64,000 nt of DNA. Origin: Macrostomum lignano. Lineage: Eukaryota. How positions within the stretch are numbered: the first letter of the stretch is position 1; each line of letters opens with the position of its first letter. The DNA is taken from the NCBI GenBank assembly GCA_002269645.1, contig NIVC01003274.1:62001-126000 (forward strand), given 5' to 3'. Under the pieces are notes generated by a model that was not told the DNA's origin, searched no databases, and worked only from the letters and a program-made list of their open reading frames with translations. Below are positions 12,687-25,764 of the stretch, one piece after another. Both the position numbers and the translations under genes were made by a program.

Positions 12687-14245
12687 TTTCAATTGGAGAA
12701 CATGAATTGTGGCCCTTATAATTCAATTCTTACAGCAAGTCAATTGGAGTAAAAAGTTATGACATAATCAATTTCTCAGTCAGCCAGTATCAGTCTCACT
12801 TCGAGTTAGCAATATGGTTACGCAATTTCAATCAAGTCGTGTGTGCATTTCTTCGGCACTGTTTTCAACTTGTTGTGATGCAATCTTTATCAGAATTGAA
12901 ATTCAGTCAGTCAGTTTTTTCTCTAGCATTCTTACAATGCATTTCAAGTCGAAAATTTGGCTTGACCTTTGCAAAAAAGCGTGTTTTTCGAATATTTAAT
13001 CCCTTTAACATTGAGCAATTTCTTAGCCAAGATGCATGTACTGTGCCAGGAAAATTTCTGATCGAATGATGCAAGTTTGAAGAAAATCGGTTGAGCCGTT
13101 TTTTCTGAAATCAATCGCATACCCATATACATACATACATACAGACAACTCATTTTTAGTATATAGGATTTAAGATTTGAAATTTGAGATTGAGATTGAG
13201 ATTAATATTTGAGATTTGCGATTGAGATTTGAGATTTGAGATTTAAGACTTGAAATTTGAGATGAGATTGAGATTTGAGATTGAGATTTCAGATTTTAAA
13301 TTGAGATTGGAGAATTGAAATTTGAGATATAAGATTGAGATTGAGATTTAGGATTGAGATTGAGATTGAGATTAGAGATTTGAGATTGAGATTTGAGATT
13401 TGAAACTTGAGATATGAGATTAAGATTGAAATTTAGAGTTTAGATTGAGATTTGTGATTTGAGATTTGAAATTTCAGAGTTGGGATTGAAATAGGAGATT
13501 ACAGATTGTTATTGGGATTAAGATTTGAGATTGAGATTGAGTTTAGGGAATTGCTGAGATGTCAAGGCTGAGGTCAAAAGCTGATTTGACCAGGAAATTG
13601 AGCAGAGATTTGAGCAGAGATTTGAGCAGAGATTTGACCACATGTAGTTTATTTTTAAAAAATTTCCACTCTTTGTTGGCTCCCCTACGTGGGGCGCTCA
13701 TTGCTGGGCAGACTGCCTTTTTTATTACAAAATATCCAAAAGGCCTCAAGAGTTCAGTACAGGGCCTCACTAGCAAATCGCCCAGACTCCATCATCTCGA
13801 GTCTAATCGGAGTCCGCATAGTCCGATTATTCCTAGAAAGTACTTCATGGTGTTACGAATCCTCGAAGTACGAGTTGTACAAGCAAATGTCAATGACTTA
13901 GTCAACAAAATCACTCGGGTTTATAAAAAATGCAGGTTTATCAATCTTTATAAGCTTCGTGTACGAGTCCTACAGTTGCCACCTGAGACAAAAACATTGC
14001 TCCATCCAGAAAATAAAGCATGGTCAAAGTCAGAAGTAGAGCTATATCATTGTGATTTCTATTCAAAGACCATATTTCCTGCAGAGTCCAGTAACTCTAT
14101 CTGTCTGTAGCTCAGCACATCAACTTGAGCTGTTTCAATCGCCCAATTGCAGAACTTCCAACGACTTTTTCTGTCAGTCGGTCTACTGGTATCAGCTTTG
14201 CAGTGAGTAGCGCGCATTTCATCAATTCTGTTCTTGAAAAGACAC

Positions 14246-16080
14246 AGACACGCAGACACTAAAGCAGACAGACAGACACGCAGACACTAAAGCAGACAGA
14301 CAGACACGCAGACACTAAAGCAGACAGACAGACACGCAGACACTAAAGCAGACAGACAGACACGCAGACACTAAAGCAGACAGACAGACACGCAGACACT
14401 AAAGCAGACAGACAGACACGCAGACACTAAAGCAGACAGACAGACACGCAGACACTAAAGCAGACAGACAGACACGCAGACACTAAAGCAGACAGACAGA
14501 CACGCAGACACTAAAGCAGACAGACAGACACGCAGACACTAAAGCAGACAGACAGACACGCAGACACTAAAGCAGACAGACAGACACGCAGACACTAAAG
14601 CAGACAGACAGACACGCAGACACTAAAGCAGACAGACAGACACGCAGACACTAAAGCAGACAGACAGACACGCAGACACTAAAGCAGACAGACAGACACG
14701 CAGACACTAAAGCAGACAGACAGACACGCAGACACTAAAGCAGACAGACAGACACGCAGACACTAAAGCAGACAGACAGACACGCAGACACTAAAGCAGA
14801 CAGACAGACACGCAGACACTAAAGCAGACAGACAGACACGCAGACACTAAAGCAGACAGACAGACACGCAGACACTAAAGCAGACAGACAGACACGCAGA
14901 CACTAAAGCAGACAGACAGACACGCAGACACTAAAGCAGACAGACAGACACGCAGACACTAAAGCAGACAGACAGACACGCAGACACTAAAGCAGACAGA
15001 CAGACACGCAGACACTAAAGCAGACAGACAGACACGCAGACACTAAAGCAGACAGACAGACACGCAGACACTAAAGCAGACAGACAGACACGCAGACACT
15101 AAAGCAGACAGACAGACACGCAGACACTAAAGCAGACAGACAGACACGCAGACACTAAAGCAGACAGACAGACACGCAGACACTAAAGCAGACAGACAGA
15201 CACGCAGACACTAAAGCAGACAGACAGACACGCAGACACTAAAGCAGACAGACAGACACGCAGACACTAAAGCAGACAGACAGACACGCAGACACTAAAG
15301 CAGACAGACAGACACGCAGACACTAAAGCAGACAGACAGACACGCAGACACTAAAGCAGACAGACAGACACGCAGACACTAAAGCAGACAGACAGACACG
15401 CAGACACTAAAGCAGACAGACAGACACGCAGACACTAAAGCAGACAGACAGACACGCAGACACTAAAGCAGACAGACAGACACGCAGACACTAAAGCAGA
15501 CAGACAGACACGCAGACACTAAAGCAGACAGACAGACACGCAGACACTAAAGCAGACAGACAGACACGCAGACACTAAAGCAGACAGACAGACATGCAGA
15601 CACTAAAGCAGACAGACAGACATGCAGACACTAAAGCAGACAGACAGACACGCAGACACTAAAGCAGACAGACAGACACGCAGACACTAAAGCAGACAGA
15701 CAGACACGCAGACACTAAAGCAGACAGACAGACACGCAGACACTAAAGCAGACAGACAGACACGCAGACACTAAAGCAGACAGACAGACACGCAGACACT
15801 AAAGCAGACAGACAGACACGCAGACACTAAAGCAGACAGACAGACACGCAGACACTAAAGCAGACAGACAGACACGCAGACACTAAAGCAGACAGACAGA
15901 CACGCAGACACTAAAGCAGACAGACAGACATGCAGACACTAAAGCAGACAGACAGACATGCAGACACTAAAGCAGACAGACAGACACGCAGACACTAAAG
16001 CAGACAGACAGACACGCAGACACTAAAGCAGACAGACAGACATGCAGACACTAAAGCAAACAGACAGACATGCAGACACT
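14246..16080. repeat. Highly homogeneous 28-bp minisatellite (CAGACACTAAAGCAGACAGACAGACACG)n, ~65 units, followed by (CAGA)n and a compound GACACTAAGA repeat to ~16555
   Basis: Period 28 read directly; intronic in B1. Confidence 0.97.
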
Positions 16081-16131
16081 AAGACAGACACTGGGAGACA
16101 GGCAGACAGACAGACAGACAGACAGACAGAA

Positions 16132-16184
<53 letters not shown>

Positions 16185-17064
16185 CAGACAGACACGAAGA
16201 CACTACGGCTCTAAGACAGACAGACACTAAGACACGCAGACACTACACAAGATAATAAGAGACCCAGACACTAAGACAGCCAGACACTACACAAGATACT
16301 ATGACACCCAGACACTAAGACACTCAGACACTAAGACACGCAGACACTACACAAGATACTATGACACCCAGACACTAAGACACTCAGACACTAAGACACG
16401 CAGACACTACACAAGATAATAAGAGACCCAGACACTAAGACAGCCAGACACTACACAAGATACTATGACACCCAGACACTAAGACACTCAGACACTAAGA
16501 CACGCAGACACTACACAAGACACTAAGACACCCAGACACTCCACAAGACACTAAGACAGGCGCTACCAAAGTACCAAAGCTGCAATAATTTCAACGCAAA
16601 GCTGAACAAAACTTCAATCAGAATCGAAGCCGCCAATCACTACTGCGTGAACCAGCTGACGCTAAAAATCAGTCTGGACGATTTCTATCACCGCGACGAG
16701 ATTTTGATTCCGCAACTGCCGCACGAGACTGAGGTCAGTGAGGTGCGCCATCGCAGGTGCAGGTGGATTGTAAGCTTCAACACCGGCAGCAAATGCACGC
16801 AGCTGGTACTGGCTGGGTTGCCAGCTCGGGAGAACTCCAGTTTCAGTTCGACTGACAGCCGTTTAAGATTCACCTCGATGTCGAATGCAAAAACGACTGT
16901 CTTACCTGGAATATTCCATGTCGTTCCTTTGGAGAGCAAGTACGTTACCTGTAGTCAGTGCTTGTCGCTTTATTACCATTATTTCGCCCAACACAAGTGA
17001 AATGGAAAATTTGCAATAAAGACTCCCTGCACGGAGGCGGCCTCTCCTGCGTGCGCCCTACCCC

Positions 17065-17265
17065 GTGCTCTGTGCTGATTGGCTGCGGCCAGCCCGTCTG
17101 TGACACGAAGGCTGCGCCCTGCCCCGTGCCCTGTGCTGATTGGCTGCGGCCAGCCCGTCTGTGACACGAAGGCTGCGCCCCGCCCCGTGCCCTGTGCTGA
17201 TTTGCTGCGGCCAGCCCGTCTGTGACACGAAGGCTGCGCCCTGCCCTGCGCGGGGTTCTGATTGG
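17065..17265. repeat. 61-bp tandem repeat, ~3.3 units (contains CTGATTGGC)
   Basis: TGTGCTGA recurs at 17071, 17132 and 17193; single copy in the B3 paralog at ~53645. Confidence 0.85.
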
Positions 17266-17848
17266 CTGGCCTTATGCGCAGTTGGCGGGCTTCGCTGATG
17301 GGGTCGCCTAGCCCCGCCCTATTGTACGGGTTTTTCTTTATTATTTATTACTTTTTTTGCTTCCTGTTGGGTCTTGGTTCCATGGCGACGAATCATTCAC
17401 GGTAGCTGACTTTGGAGGTCAGGTAAGCAGCCTATTCAGCTGTGTACAAACCGAGGCCAACTCTGCTTAACCTGCAGCGTTAGCGGCACTTCAGACTAAT
17501 TTAATTTACACGTACAGAATATAAATAAATAAACTGATTACAGTAGAAAAGCATGAGGTGTTCTTAGCTTTAAATCTAAGTTCCTAGGTTACACACCGTT
17601 TGCAGCAAAATCTTGGGATCCGCGAGCTGATGGCCAAAATGCTGCAAACTACAGATTTCTGCTGCCACTTCCCAGCATCTGCAGCCGCGACATGCTGAGC
17701 TACCGGAGCAGCTGCTTTGCTGTTGTCTCACTTCAGCAGAGCTTGACAGATGCGCTGTCCAGCATCAGGGGTGACGCTCAGCTAGCCAGCTTCACCAGTT
17801 GGTCCGAGATAGAGGAGTTCATTGCATCCAGTGAGTGGTTTTCACATG

Positions 17849-17945
<97 letters not shown>

Positions 17946-17971
17946 CGATAGATAGATAGATAGATAGATAC

Positions 17972-18039
<68 letters not shown>

Positions 18040-18040
18040 G

Positions 18041-18111
<71 letters not shown>

Positions 18112-18120
18112 ATAGATAGG
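17849..18120. repeat. (GATA)n microsatellite
   Basis: Direct reading. Confidence 0.98.
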
Positions 18121-19454
18121 TTGATAACTTGAAACTCTAGACAGAGAGGTATTGTGAGCAAGTGTTAAAAATAGAATTATTGGCTTCCAGTGAAATTTTC
18201 ACGACTTGCGAGTCCAAAAGTCCTTCTGCTTGAGTTGCTCATGCTCTTAACAATTATCTTTATAGTAAGTCTCCAAATAGCTGACCCTCTTTCATACAAA
18301 AAGTCACATCAACATTGCAGTAAGATCGCGAATGCCTCTGGCGGCAACTGTGTTTCGTTGAGAGTCGACTCAAACGGACCTGTTATTGCCTTTGTTAACT
18401 GCAACATCCCGATGCTGTCGCTAGTCAGCTTCCCAGAGACTCATTCCGGTCTCAGCCAGTTGGACTGCAATATATCAGGCAGATTGTCTGACTTGTTCTC
18501 CGCAAATGAGGCTGTGAAACAGGTGAAAGCGGATGCTTCAATGAAGTTGCAGGGTGACGAAGACGATCGTGTGCCACCAGGAGTATCAAGTTTCGAGCTC
18601 AATGAAGCTATGAGAGGGAGTGAAAATCAACCTTCAGCCAGCAATCAGAAGGCTCCCTTTGCCATACCGGTCATCGCGGCAATACTCCAATACTCTTTGT
18701 TTTTACTCTGTTTTTACTTTACACAACTTTTTACTTTCTGAACTATTTCTATTGTCAATCGCATTCAAGTACCGCCTCTGCATAGGTAATTCTGCAAACT
18801 TAGTTTTTTTGATTTAGATAAAACTCAAAAACTCTAAGTACTTCAGATTAATAATGATGCCTAGTAAAAGGCTGAAATGATTTGTGTTTTATTAACGTAT
18901 TGATTTTCAGTTTAGTGCTAATCATATTTACTATCGATATTATTCATGTATATAAATTGAGTATAAGCCAGTCGGTGTTTATCATTATTTTTTAACTAAA
19001 CACACAAATTGATCAATTCAAAATTACAGTGTAAACGGGTTCAATTTTTTTATTAGCATGAGACATTTTAAAACACTGAGAGGAGCTATTTACTACCTAC
19101 CAGGCAGATGCTTGGCTTGAAGTAAATCCTGATTTCTGCGTCAGCTGCTTTGGCTATTACAGAATACAGAGTCACAGAGTAATAAATAAGCCAAACTGAC
19201 TAAATTCAAATGTAAGGATTCAAAACATTCACATAAATGCTTAAAATAGCCTTAGTAAAAACAGTCCATTTTTCAGGGACATTAACTGTAGCAGCAGTTC
19301 AAGGCAATCGTCGGAGAGGCGGCATATTGATGTAAACAAAGCAGGCAGTCATAAAATCTTCAAGTCCAAGCTGCATCCATCGCACACTGCGTAAAACTTT
19401 TAAGTAAAAATCGACATTAGCGAAAGCTTTCTTTAGCTAAATATTAGATTTTCA

Positions 19455-22400
19455 ATGAAGGATTTTTACAAATTGCTGCAGTTGTTGCTGCTATGCAACA
19501 CGAGATTCACCGCCAGCAACCCAGACTGCTCCTCCACGAGTCAAGCCGGTGAGGCCAGCGAATTTAGCACGTAAAATGCATATCAACTCCAGCTAACACA
19601 GAGATTGAAAGTAAGCACTATCTACTCTTTTCCAGTGACAGTGCAGCTGAGCAGGGCTGACGTTCTGCGCACCTGGCAACCCAGCGATGCGCACTGCCGT
19701 TGGTGGGAGAGTCGACAGTCAGAGACAAACCGATTCCCTGCTGCTGTGCGGTCCGGGCCTCGGTGGCTTGTGATGCAGCTGACGCAGCCGATGATGCTGG
19801 AGGCGGTGAGCGTGCGAGACTGGGGTGAGTGACGCTGACCGACTCATTCTCATGATGCATGATGAGGCAGAGGGAGCCTTGGACCCAAAGTGTGAGACAG
19901 TGTGATGCTAGCATCTAATTAGCACTCTGAGACAGTGTGAGACCAGCTAGTATCTAATTAGCACTCTGAGACAGTGTGAGACCAGCTAGCATCTAATTAG
20001 CACTCTGAGACAGTGTGAGACCAGCTAGCATCTAATTAGCACTCTGAGACAGTGTGAGACCAGCTAGCATCTAATTAGCACTCTGAGACGGTGTGAGACC
20101 AGCTAGCATCTAATCAGCACTCTGAGACAGTGTGAGATCAGCTAGCATCTAATTAGCACTCTGAGACAGTGTGAGACCAGCTAGCATCTAATTAGCACTC
20201 TGAGACAGTGTGAGACCAGCTAGCATCTAATTAGCACTCTGAGACAGTGTGAGACCAGCTAGCATCTAATTAGCATCTAATTAGCACTCTGAGACAGTGT
20301 AAGACCAGCTAGCATCTAATTAGCACTCTGAGACACTATGATACCAGCTAGCATCTAATAAGCACTCTGAGACAGTGTGAGACTAGCTAGCATCTAATTA
20401 GCACTCTGAGACAGTGTGAGACCAGCTAGCATCTAATTAGCACTCTGAGACAGTGTGAGACCAGCTAGCATCTAATTAGCACTCTGAGACAGTGTAAGAC
20501 AAGCTAGCATCTAATTAGCACTCTGAGACAGTGTGAGACCAGCTAGTATCTAATTAGCACTCTGAGACAGTGTGAGACCAGCTAGCATCTAATTAGCACT
20601 CTGAGACAGTGTGAGACCAGCTAGCATGTAATTAGCACTCTGAGACAGTGTGAGACCAGCTAGCATCTAATTAGCACTCTGAGACAGTGTGAGACCAGCT
20701 AGCATCTAATTAGCACTCTGAGACAGTGTGAGACCAGCTAGCATCTAATTAGCACTCTGAGACAGTGTGAGACCAGCTAGCAGCCAAGCACTCGTGTTGC
20801 AGATGGCCAGTGGCACGCAGCAGCTCCGGTCGGCTCGCCTGTGTCAGCGGTCGGAGCCTCGAGCCTCCCGCTGGAGCTGCAGCTGGAGGATCCGTGCCGC
20901 GCCAGCTGGGAGGCCTTCGGCAGCAGCGACCGCTGGAGGCAGATTGGGGTGAACGGAGTAGATCAAGTAAGCTGCTTCATTTGAATTATCTTATCATAAT
21001 AATGAAATTAATAAATCCATCCATTTCACACTTCAGCCCGTAGTTCGTTTCCTTGTGCTAAGTAGCTTGAGAACTGCTGGACTTAGCTGGAGGGCCGTCT
21101 CATTAACAGGTTCCAAAGAGACTTTTAAATTTTATGAAGTTATCACTGAATCATAGCTTATTGTGAATTAAGTGCTTTAGAAGCAGGTGCAATTTTTCTT
21201 GTAGGTCGCTTTCTACCGCTGAGCCTCACAGTAACTGACAACCGTTTTTGCCCTCTGAGAGACCTGTCCGCCTTGCACGATGGAGTTGAAGCCTGCTTCT
21301 CTGTTTCAAGATGTACCAGCGAATCAATTCAATGCTTCTTTAACCTAAGCAATGGCGCAACTCTGGAGCCGAGACTGGTCTGCTCAACTCTTCTTTATAG
21401 CGTGCTATCAATACTTCTTCTTGCACTGACTTGATACAAAATTCGCTTTTTCAGCTACGAAGCCAAAAGCAGCAAGCTGAATTCGAGTTCACAGCCAATT
21501 TCTCGCTGCACGGAGCACTGCTCACCTGTCTTCTGCCTGATCGGCCAGGGATTCGAATCGAGCAGACCATTGGAATCGTTGGTGAGAAAGAAGTGTCTGC
21601 CTGAGTTAAAAAATGTATTTTAAGTCCGCTTTGAAGATTACAAAGCGAAACATGCACTTTTCAGTCACACCAAGTGTTGAACTGTCGTTATCAACCGTGT
21701 GGGTGATTGGTCGCAGAGCCAAGGTGTACTTTTTCTCAAGCCCAGCTTATCCTCCTCAGCAGCACAGGTGCCAAATTATCTCTGGCAGCAGCACCTGGGA
21801 ACTGAATGAGCATTTTAGTAAGGTAAGTAGTATTATATTATTGTTGAAAATGCTGTACCTTGCCCAATCATGTACTTTTCCATGAAATAAACTTCCAGAC
21901 TAGACAGGCTTATATCAGGAACAGCATCAACATGTCGCTAACTGAAGTAAAGTCTGAATTTGTTGTCACAGTCACGTCAGACATGCTGAATGGCACCGTG
22001 AGATGCAGTAGCAGCTATAAAAGTACAAGTCAAGGAGAAGTCATGAAAGATATCGTTATTTCAAGCATCAGCGGTAAGTGCTTGCATTAGAGAATCTCCT
22101 ATACGCCCGATTGGAAGAGCCATAAAATCTCCTCATTTCAGAGCCTTGCACAACTGCCATTCATGTAGACAACATCCAGTACTCGTATCAGGTTGTACAA
22201 GTGACGTCACTGAAGTGCAGCATTTGGAATGTTCAGCACAGCTGCTGGCTTGTCAAGCCCAAAGAAGATGTCCTGGAGCATCTAATTAAGCTTGCTGTAC
22301 GGTTCTTTGATTTTGTAATAATGCTTTTTATTCAGAAGTTACTGCAACAATATCTGATGTCTTCTATTGCAGCAAGACGGCTTCAGCAGCACTCACAGGT

Positions 22401-24705
22401 TGAATATTATGAAACAAGAGCAGAAAAGAGACTGGCTAGTGAGATGCAGCGTTAATCAGTCGGGAGTGACATACCCGGATGTGGAAATTGAGTTAGCAAG
22501 CGATGCTGACAGTGAGTCAAACGATGCATTCAATCACTGTTAATTGTTCCAATGCAAGTTCAAAGGTTTTTTACCACTTAAATCTACACTACACGTTGCT
22601 ACATTTGTACTCGTATTAATACGAGCGTAATGCAAGAGACCTGCGAGCACCCCGACGCTACGTCTTCGGCGACCTTGTCCGCAATCAGCTGCCCGTTCCG
22701 CTCACTCCTGATCACATACGAGCGTACGAGCGCCTCAATACTGCACACAGGCACGCACTCATACGCACGCTCCCACAAGGTGTACTGCGGCCCTGACTTT
22801 CTAAGCGTCAGGCATGTACCTCTCTGGGCCTTAAGGGCTGGTCCTCATGAGCACTGAGCACGTTTGCTCTACTCACCTCCAGAATAAAAACAAATGAGCG
22901 TTTTTAATATTATAAACTGTACTCGTTCGTATTCTGTTGGCTGCCATTAAAGCGACTTTTGATAACAGTCAACCCACAGCCAGCGTGGAGTCGACCCAAA
23001 TTAATTGGTCATTCCACATGTAAGCACTCGAGAGTGCTTACTTAAGCAACTATTCTTAATCGTTAAATTTTCAGGTAGTGTATCTTCATTTGCTTATTAC
23101 CCCTCGTAACTTTGAGGTTGTAACTGTTGCGAGCCTAAGTGTTCGATGTGTAACTACTCTGCCACTTACTAACCCCACTTTCTTCAGCTTTCTACTATCA
23201 GTGTGGACTGAGTTGCATAATTTTGCCGATTTTATCTGCCCTCGGCCTCATCCTGAGCTGCATGATTATTCGAAGAATTCGCCGCGCTAAATCAGCAAAG
23301 CCAAACTCGACTTCAAGTAGAAGTTCGACATTTAGAGGACGACGTACCCTCCTCTCGAGTGCGGCCACCTCGCCGCAGGCACAGGTAGGGTTAGCCACAG
23401 ATTTAGTTTGTACATTAGGGCACGCATGTAAGTGTCAAATACTGGTGTTTTGATGAAGAATAGCTTTAAACTTAAAAGAAAATTCTAGCTACCAGGGGTT
23501 GTTTTGGCTATTCGCTCAAGCACTTTTGCTACTGGCTTTTGCCTGAAACTGAAGCTATTTCTTAGATTAGCCTGGACACAGATTGCCTGGTAAATAGCGC
23601 TGCTTATCTGATCAGATTTCAGGTGTGCACAGAAGCACAGTTCTAATTAGAACTTCCCTCAGCCTGAACGGCAATATTACATAAGTCCATGTGACTAAAA
23701 TTTAGCAGTGAATTTCGGTGCATCTAATACCAGCTTTTCTAGAGCTAGATCCACTTTTGTTTCTTTAAAAGTTTAATTCCCATTCTAAATAGCAATATAG
23801 TAGAGATATTCTGTTGAGTTTGTGAAATGAATTGCGATCGCTTTCAATCAAGCGTGCTATGGCCTGCACGAGTATTCTATGAAGCCGTAGCCCATTGGTC
23901 AATCATGGATGAATAAAACCTTTGGTCTAGTGCGGCGCTCTGATGTGCCAGCGGCCCAGGCTCGATTCCAAGTGCAGTCATTAATTTGGGGCTAAATTGG
24001 AATCTCGGCTTGGCTCTGCTCGTGCAATTAACGCCCCTGATCAGGGCCAACCCCCAAGGCACAGTGAAGTGCACATGTCTAAGATAAAGTTAGGGCCGCT
24101 GTAAACTCCTGTGTGAGTGAGTGCCTGTGCGTATGACTGCGTACGTATCCGCGCGCTTGTGTGCCTGCTCAGGGGAGTCGGGGGAATGGGCAGCAATGCC
24201 TCTCGCCGGTTGTGACAATGTCGCCTAAAGTGCATCATGGGTGCAAACAGCTCCTTGCCTGTAACAAAAAAATGGCCCTTATATTCCGTAGCCCAGAATC
24301 ATGAGCAGGCTGAACTGCTAGATAGACAAGGAAGAAGCTGGCGTGATCAAAGCAATCTGTTAACTTTCTCACCTTTAAGGCCTATTAAAGTATCATGTTA
24401 AAATTCTTCAAAAGAAATGACTCTGAATAACAGAAATCAATTGTTTCCACCCCCAGCGAGCGGCACCACAGCTCACTCATCATCAGGTTGATTCCTCGGC
24501 GTCAGTGAGCACAGGTGGTCCACCACCTGCAGAAAGCAGCAGCCGCGGCAATGAAAACAAGTCAATTAGCAGTCAAGAGACCGACCCAGTGTACGAAGAA
24601 GTATCTTTGTGTGTCTACAGGCCGGTGCACCCGCTGCCACGGTACTCACGGCAGTTCTCAGAAAAAAATTGTCGACGCGCCCACGACTCCAGTCGGTTTG
24701 ATTGA
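19455..24705 (+). CDS. Family-1 receptor C1: signal peptide, discoidin-like domain, 3 Ig-like domains, TM, Tyr-motif tail; apparently intact
   Basis: Exons 19455-19548 (MKDFYKLLQLLLLC), 19636-19824, 20803-20966, 21037-21109, 21205-21377, 21455-21581 (FTANFSLHGALLTC), 21665-21822, 21899-22073, 22142-22296 (CSIWNVQHSC), 22373-22511, 23188-23384 (TM CIILPILSALGLILSCMII-RRIRR), 24457-24705 (DPVYEEV). Phases join without stops; two donors (21110, 21378) are weak. Confidence 0.8.
19888..20782. repeat. 39-bp intronic minisatellite (AGCACTCTGAGACAGTGTGAGACCAGCTAGCATCTAATT)n, ~23 units
   Basis: Period 39; intron 2 of C1. Confidence 0.97.
22640..22880 (-). mobile_element. Diverged partial SINE related to family 1 (paralog at ~60400-60650)
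   Basis: Similarity to the SINE body (GCGGCCCTGACTTT...GGCATGTAC). Confidence 0.45.
23881..24270 (+). mobile_element. tRNA-derived SINE family 1 (intronic in C1)
   Basis: GCCGTAGCCCATTGG head interrupted by a short insertion, then GGCTCGATTCC B-box; body matches the 50100-50467 copy. Confidence 0.75.
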
Positions 24706-25764
24706 AACTCTTGATCACATTCTGTAGGAACCATTGAATAGAATGCACTGCAAACGGCACTTCGAGTATGTTCAGTAAACATTCTGATTCTACAAAAATA
24801 GGGATTGCTTCATCACTATTTGTATTACTAATATTATCATTATTAAATGCACACACCCAGTGTTTTGAGTTTTATTTTTTACGATATTATTTGAGGCAAC
24901 CTTATAAACACAGCGAAATAAGAAATTAAAAAAAGCTAGTGCGCAACGTTTTTTGGCGCAAATCGAAATTTAAAATAGAATCTCATATGCGCAAACAAAT
25001 TATTCGAGATTCTTTTCGGTACCGATATGAAGCCTCAGGGCAGTTGCATTCTGGCCTGCGTCATGCCTTTGATGTATTTTTTGGGATTTCCATTATAAGA
25101 AGGGCCAGATAGAGAATCTAGCGCATTACTGTGGAGAGAGGAGAGGGAGAGAAAGAAAAGGGAGAGAAAAAGAGAAGAGATAATACAGTTGAGAGAGACA
25201 AGCTTTGTGCGGACTGCATTGCTATTTTGAAGTTTCAAAGGACCAGATGCGTATTAGATAGAGAGACTTCGCAGGTCGCATGTTACCTGGGAACCGCAGT
25301 TTGCCAACCCCTGTTTTAGAGTTATTACGTAAAGTACTTTATCCTCTGTAGGAAGTCGCTGTTAAATTCGAAACTTTATCCATGATTTCCTGTTCAAACT
25401 TATAACAGGAGCACAATAAAAGTTCCCACTACACCTAAGCAGGAAACGAACTTCACTTCCTACACAGCACCCACATGGCATTTTGGGCAGGTCCTGTTCT
25501 CATAAGATATCTTTGGTCTCGCAGTCCTCATATATTGCTTTGCAGGCCAGTTTGTGGTTCGCTAATCTAAACTGTAACAGGGTGTGCTTAAATTCAATTC
25601 CAGCTCAAAAGCCAGCTCTGTGTGCTCTGATTGATTTTGCTACTCGTCCATGCTGACAGTTTCGCATCATTTTGCTGTTGACTTTAGCTGCAATGCCAGC
25701 CTCTGTAGCTATATTGTTGACTATATATGGTTAGCTATATATGGTTAGCTATATATGGTTAGCG

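Larger units (their letters stand above)
8699..13169 (+). mobile_element. Non-autonomous Helitron/Helentron-like (HINE/Lep1-type) element carrying internal satellites
   Basis: Starts ACTAGC. The 3' region GAAAATCGGTTGAGCCGTTT...(CATA)n CAGACA...TTTTAGTATATAGGAT resembles Lep1/DINE-like 3' ends. The whole block is missing in the paralogous region near 51300. Family assignment is from recalled motifs, not a database search. Confidence 0.6.
14153..18741 (+). pseudogene. Family-2 copy B1: signal peptide + CUB-like + C-type-lectin-like + GPI-like tail, probably disabled
   Basis: Exons ~14153-14202 (FLSVGLLVSAL), 16622-16939 (CRWIVSF..TQLVL), 17606-17830 ([30 protein letters not shown]), 18281-18741 (GGNCVSL..NC, hydrophobic end). 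Relative to B3 it has a 17-bp deletion at ~17613 and lacks the ~415-bp segment 55381-55795. Start codon not located. Confidence 0.65.

Noticed and set aside
18190-18280. N-terminus of the 183-aa ORF as a signal peptide of a single-exon gene (also 55863-55953)
   Set aside because: The ORF starts at GTG in an AT-rich intron. An acceptor at 18280 (55953) and phase compatibility indicate the remainder is the last exon of family 2.
19888-20782. 39/41-bp arrays as possible CRISPR arrays
   Set aside because: Head-to-tail identical units with no unique spacers, no cas genes, and a eukaryotic intronic context.
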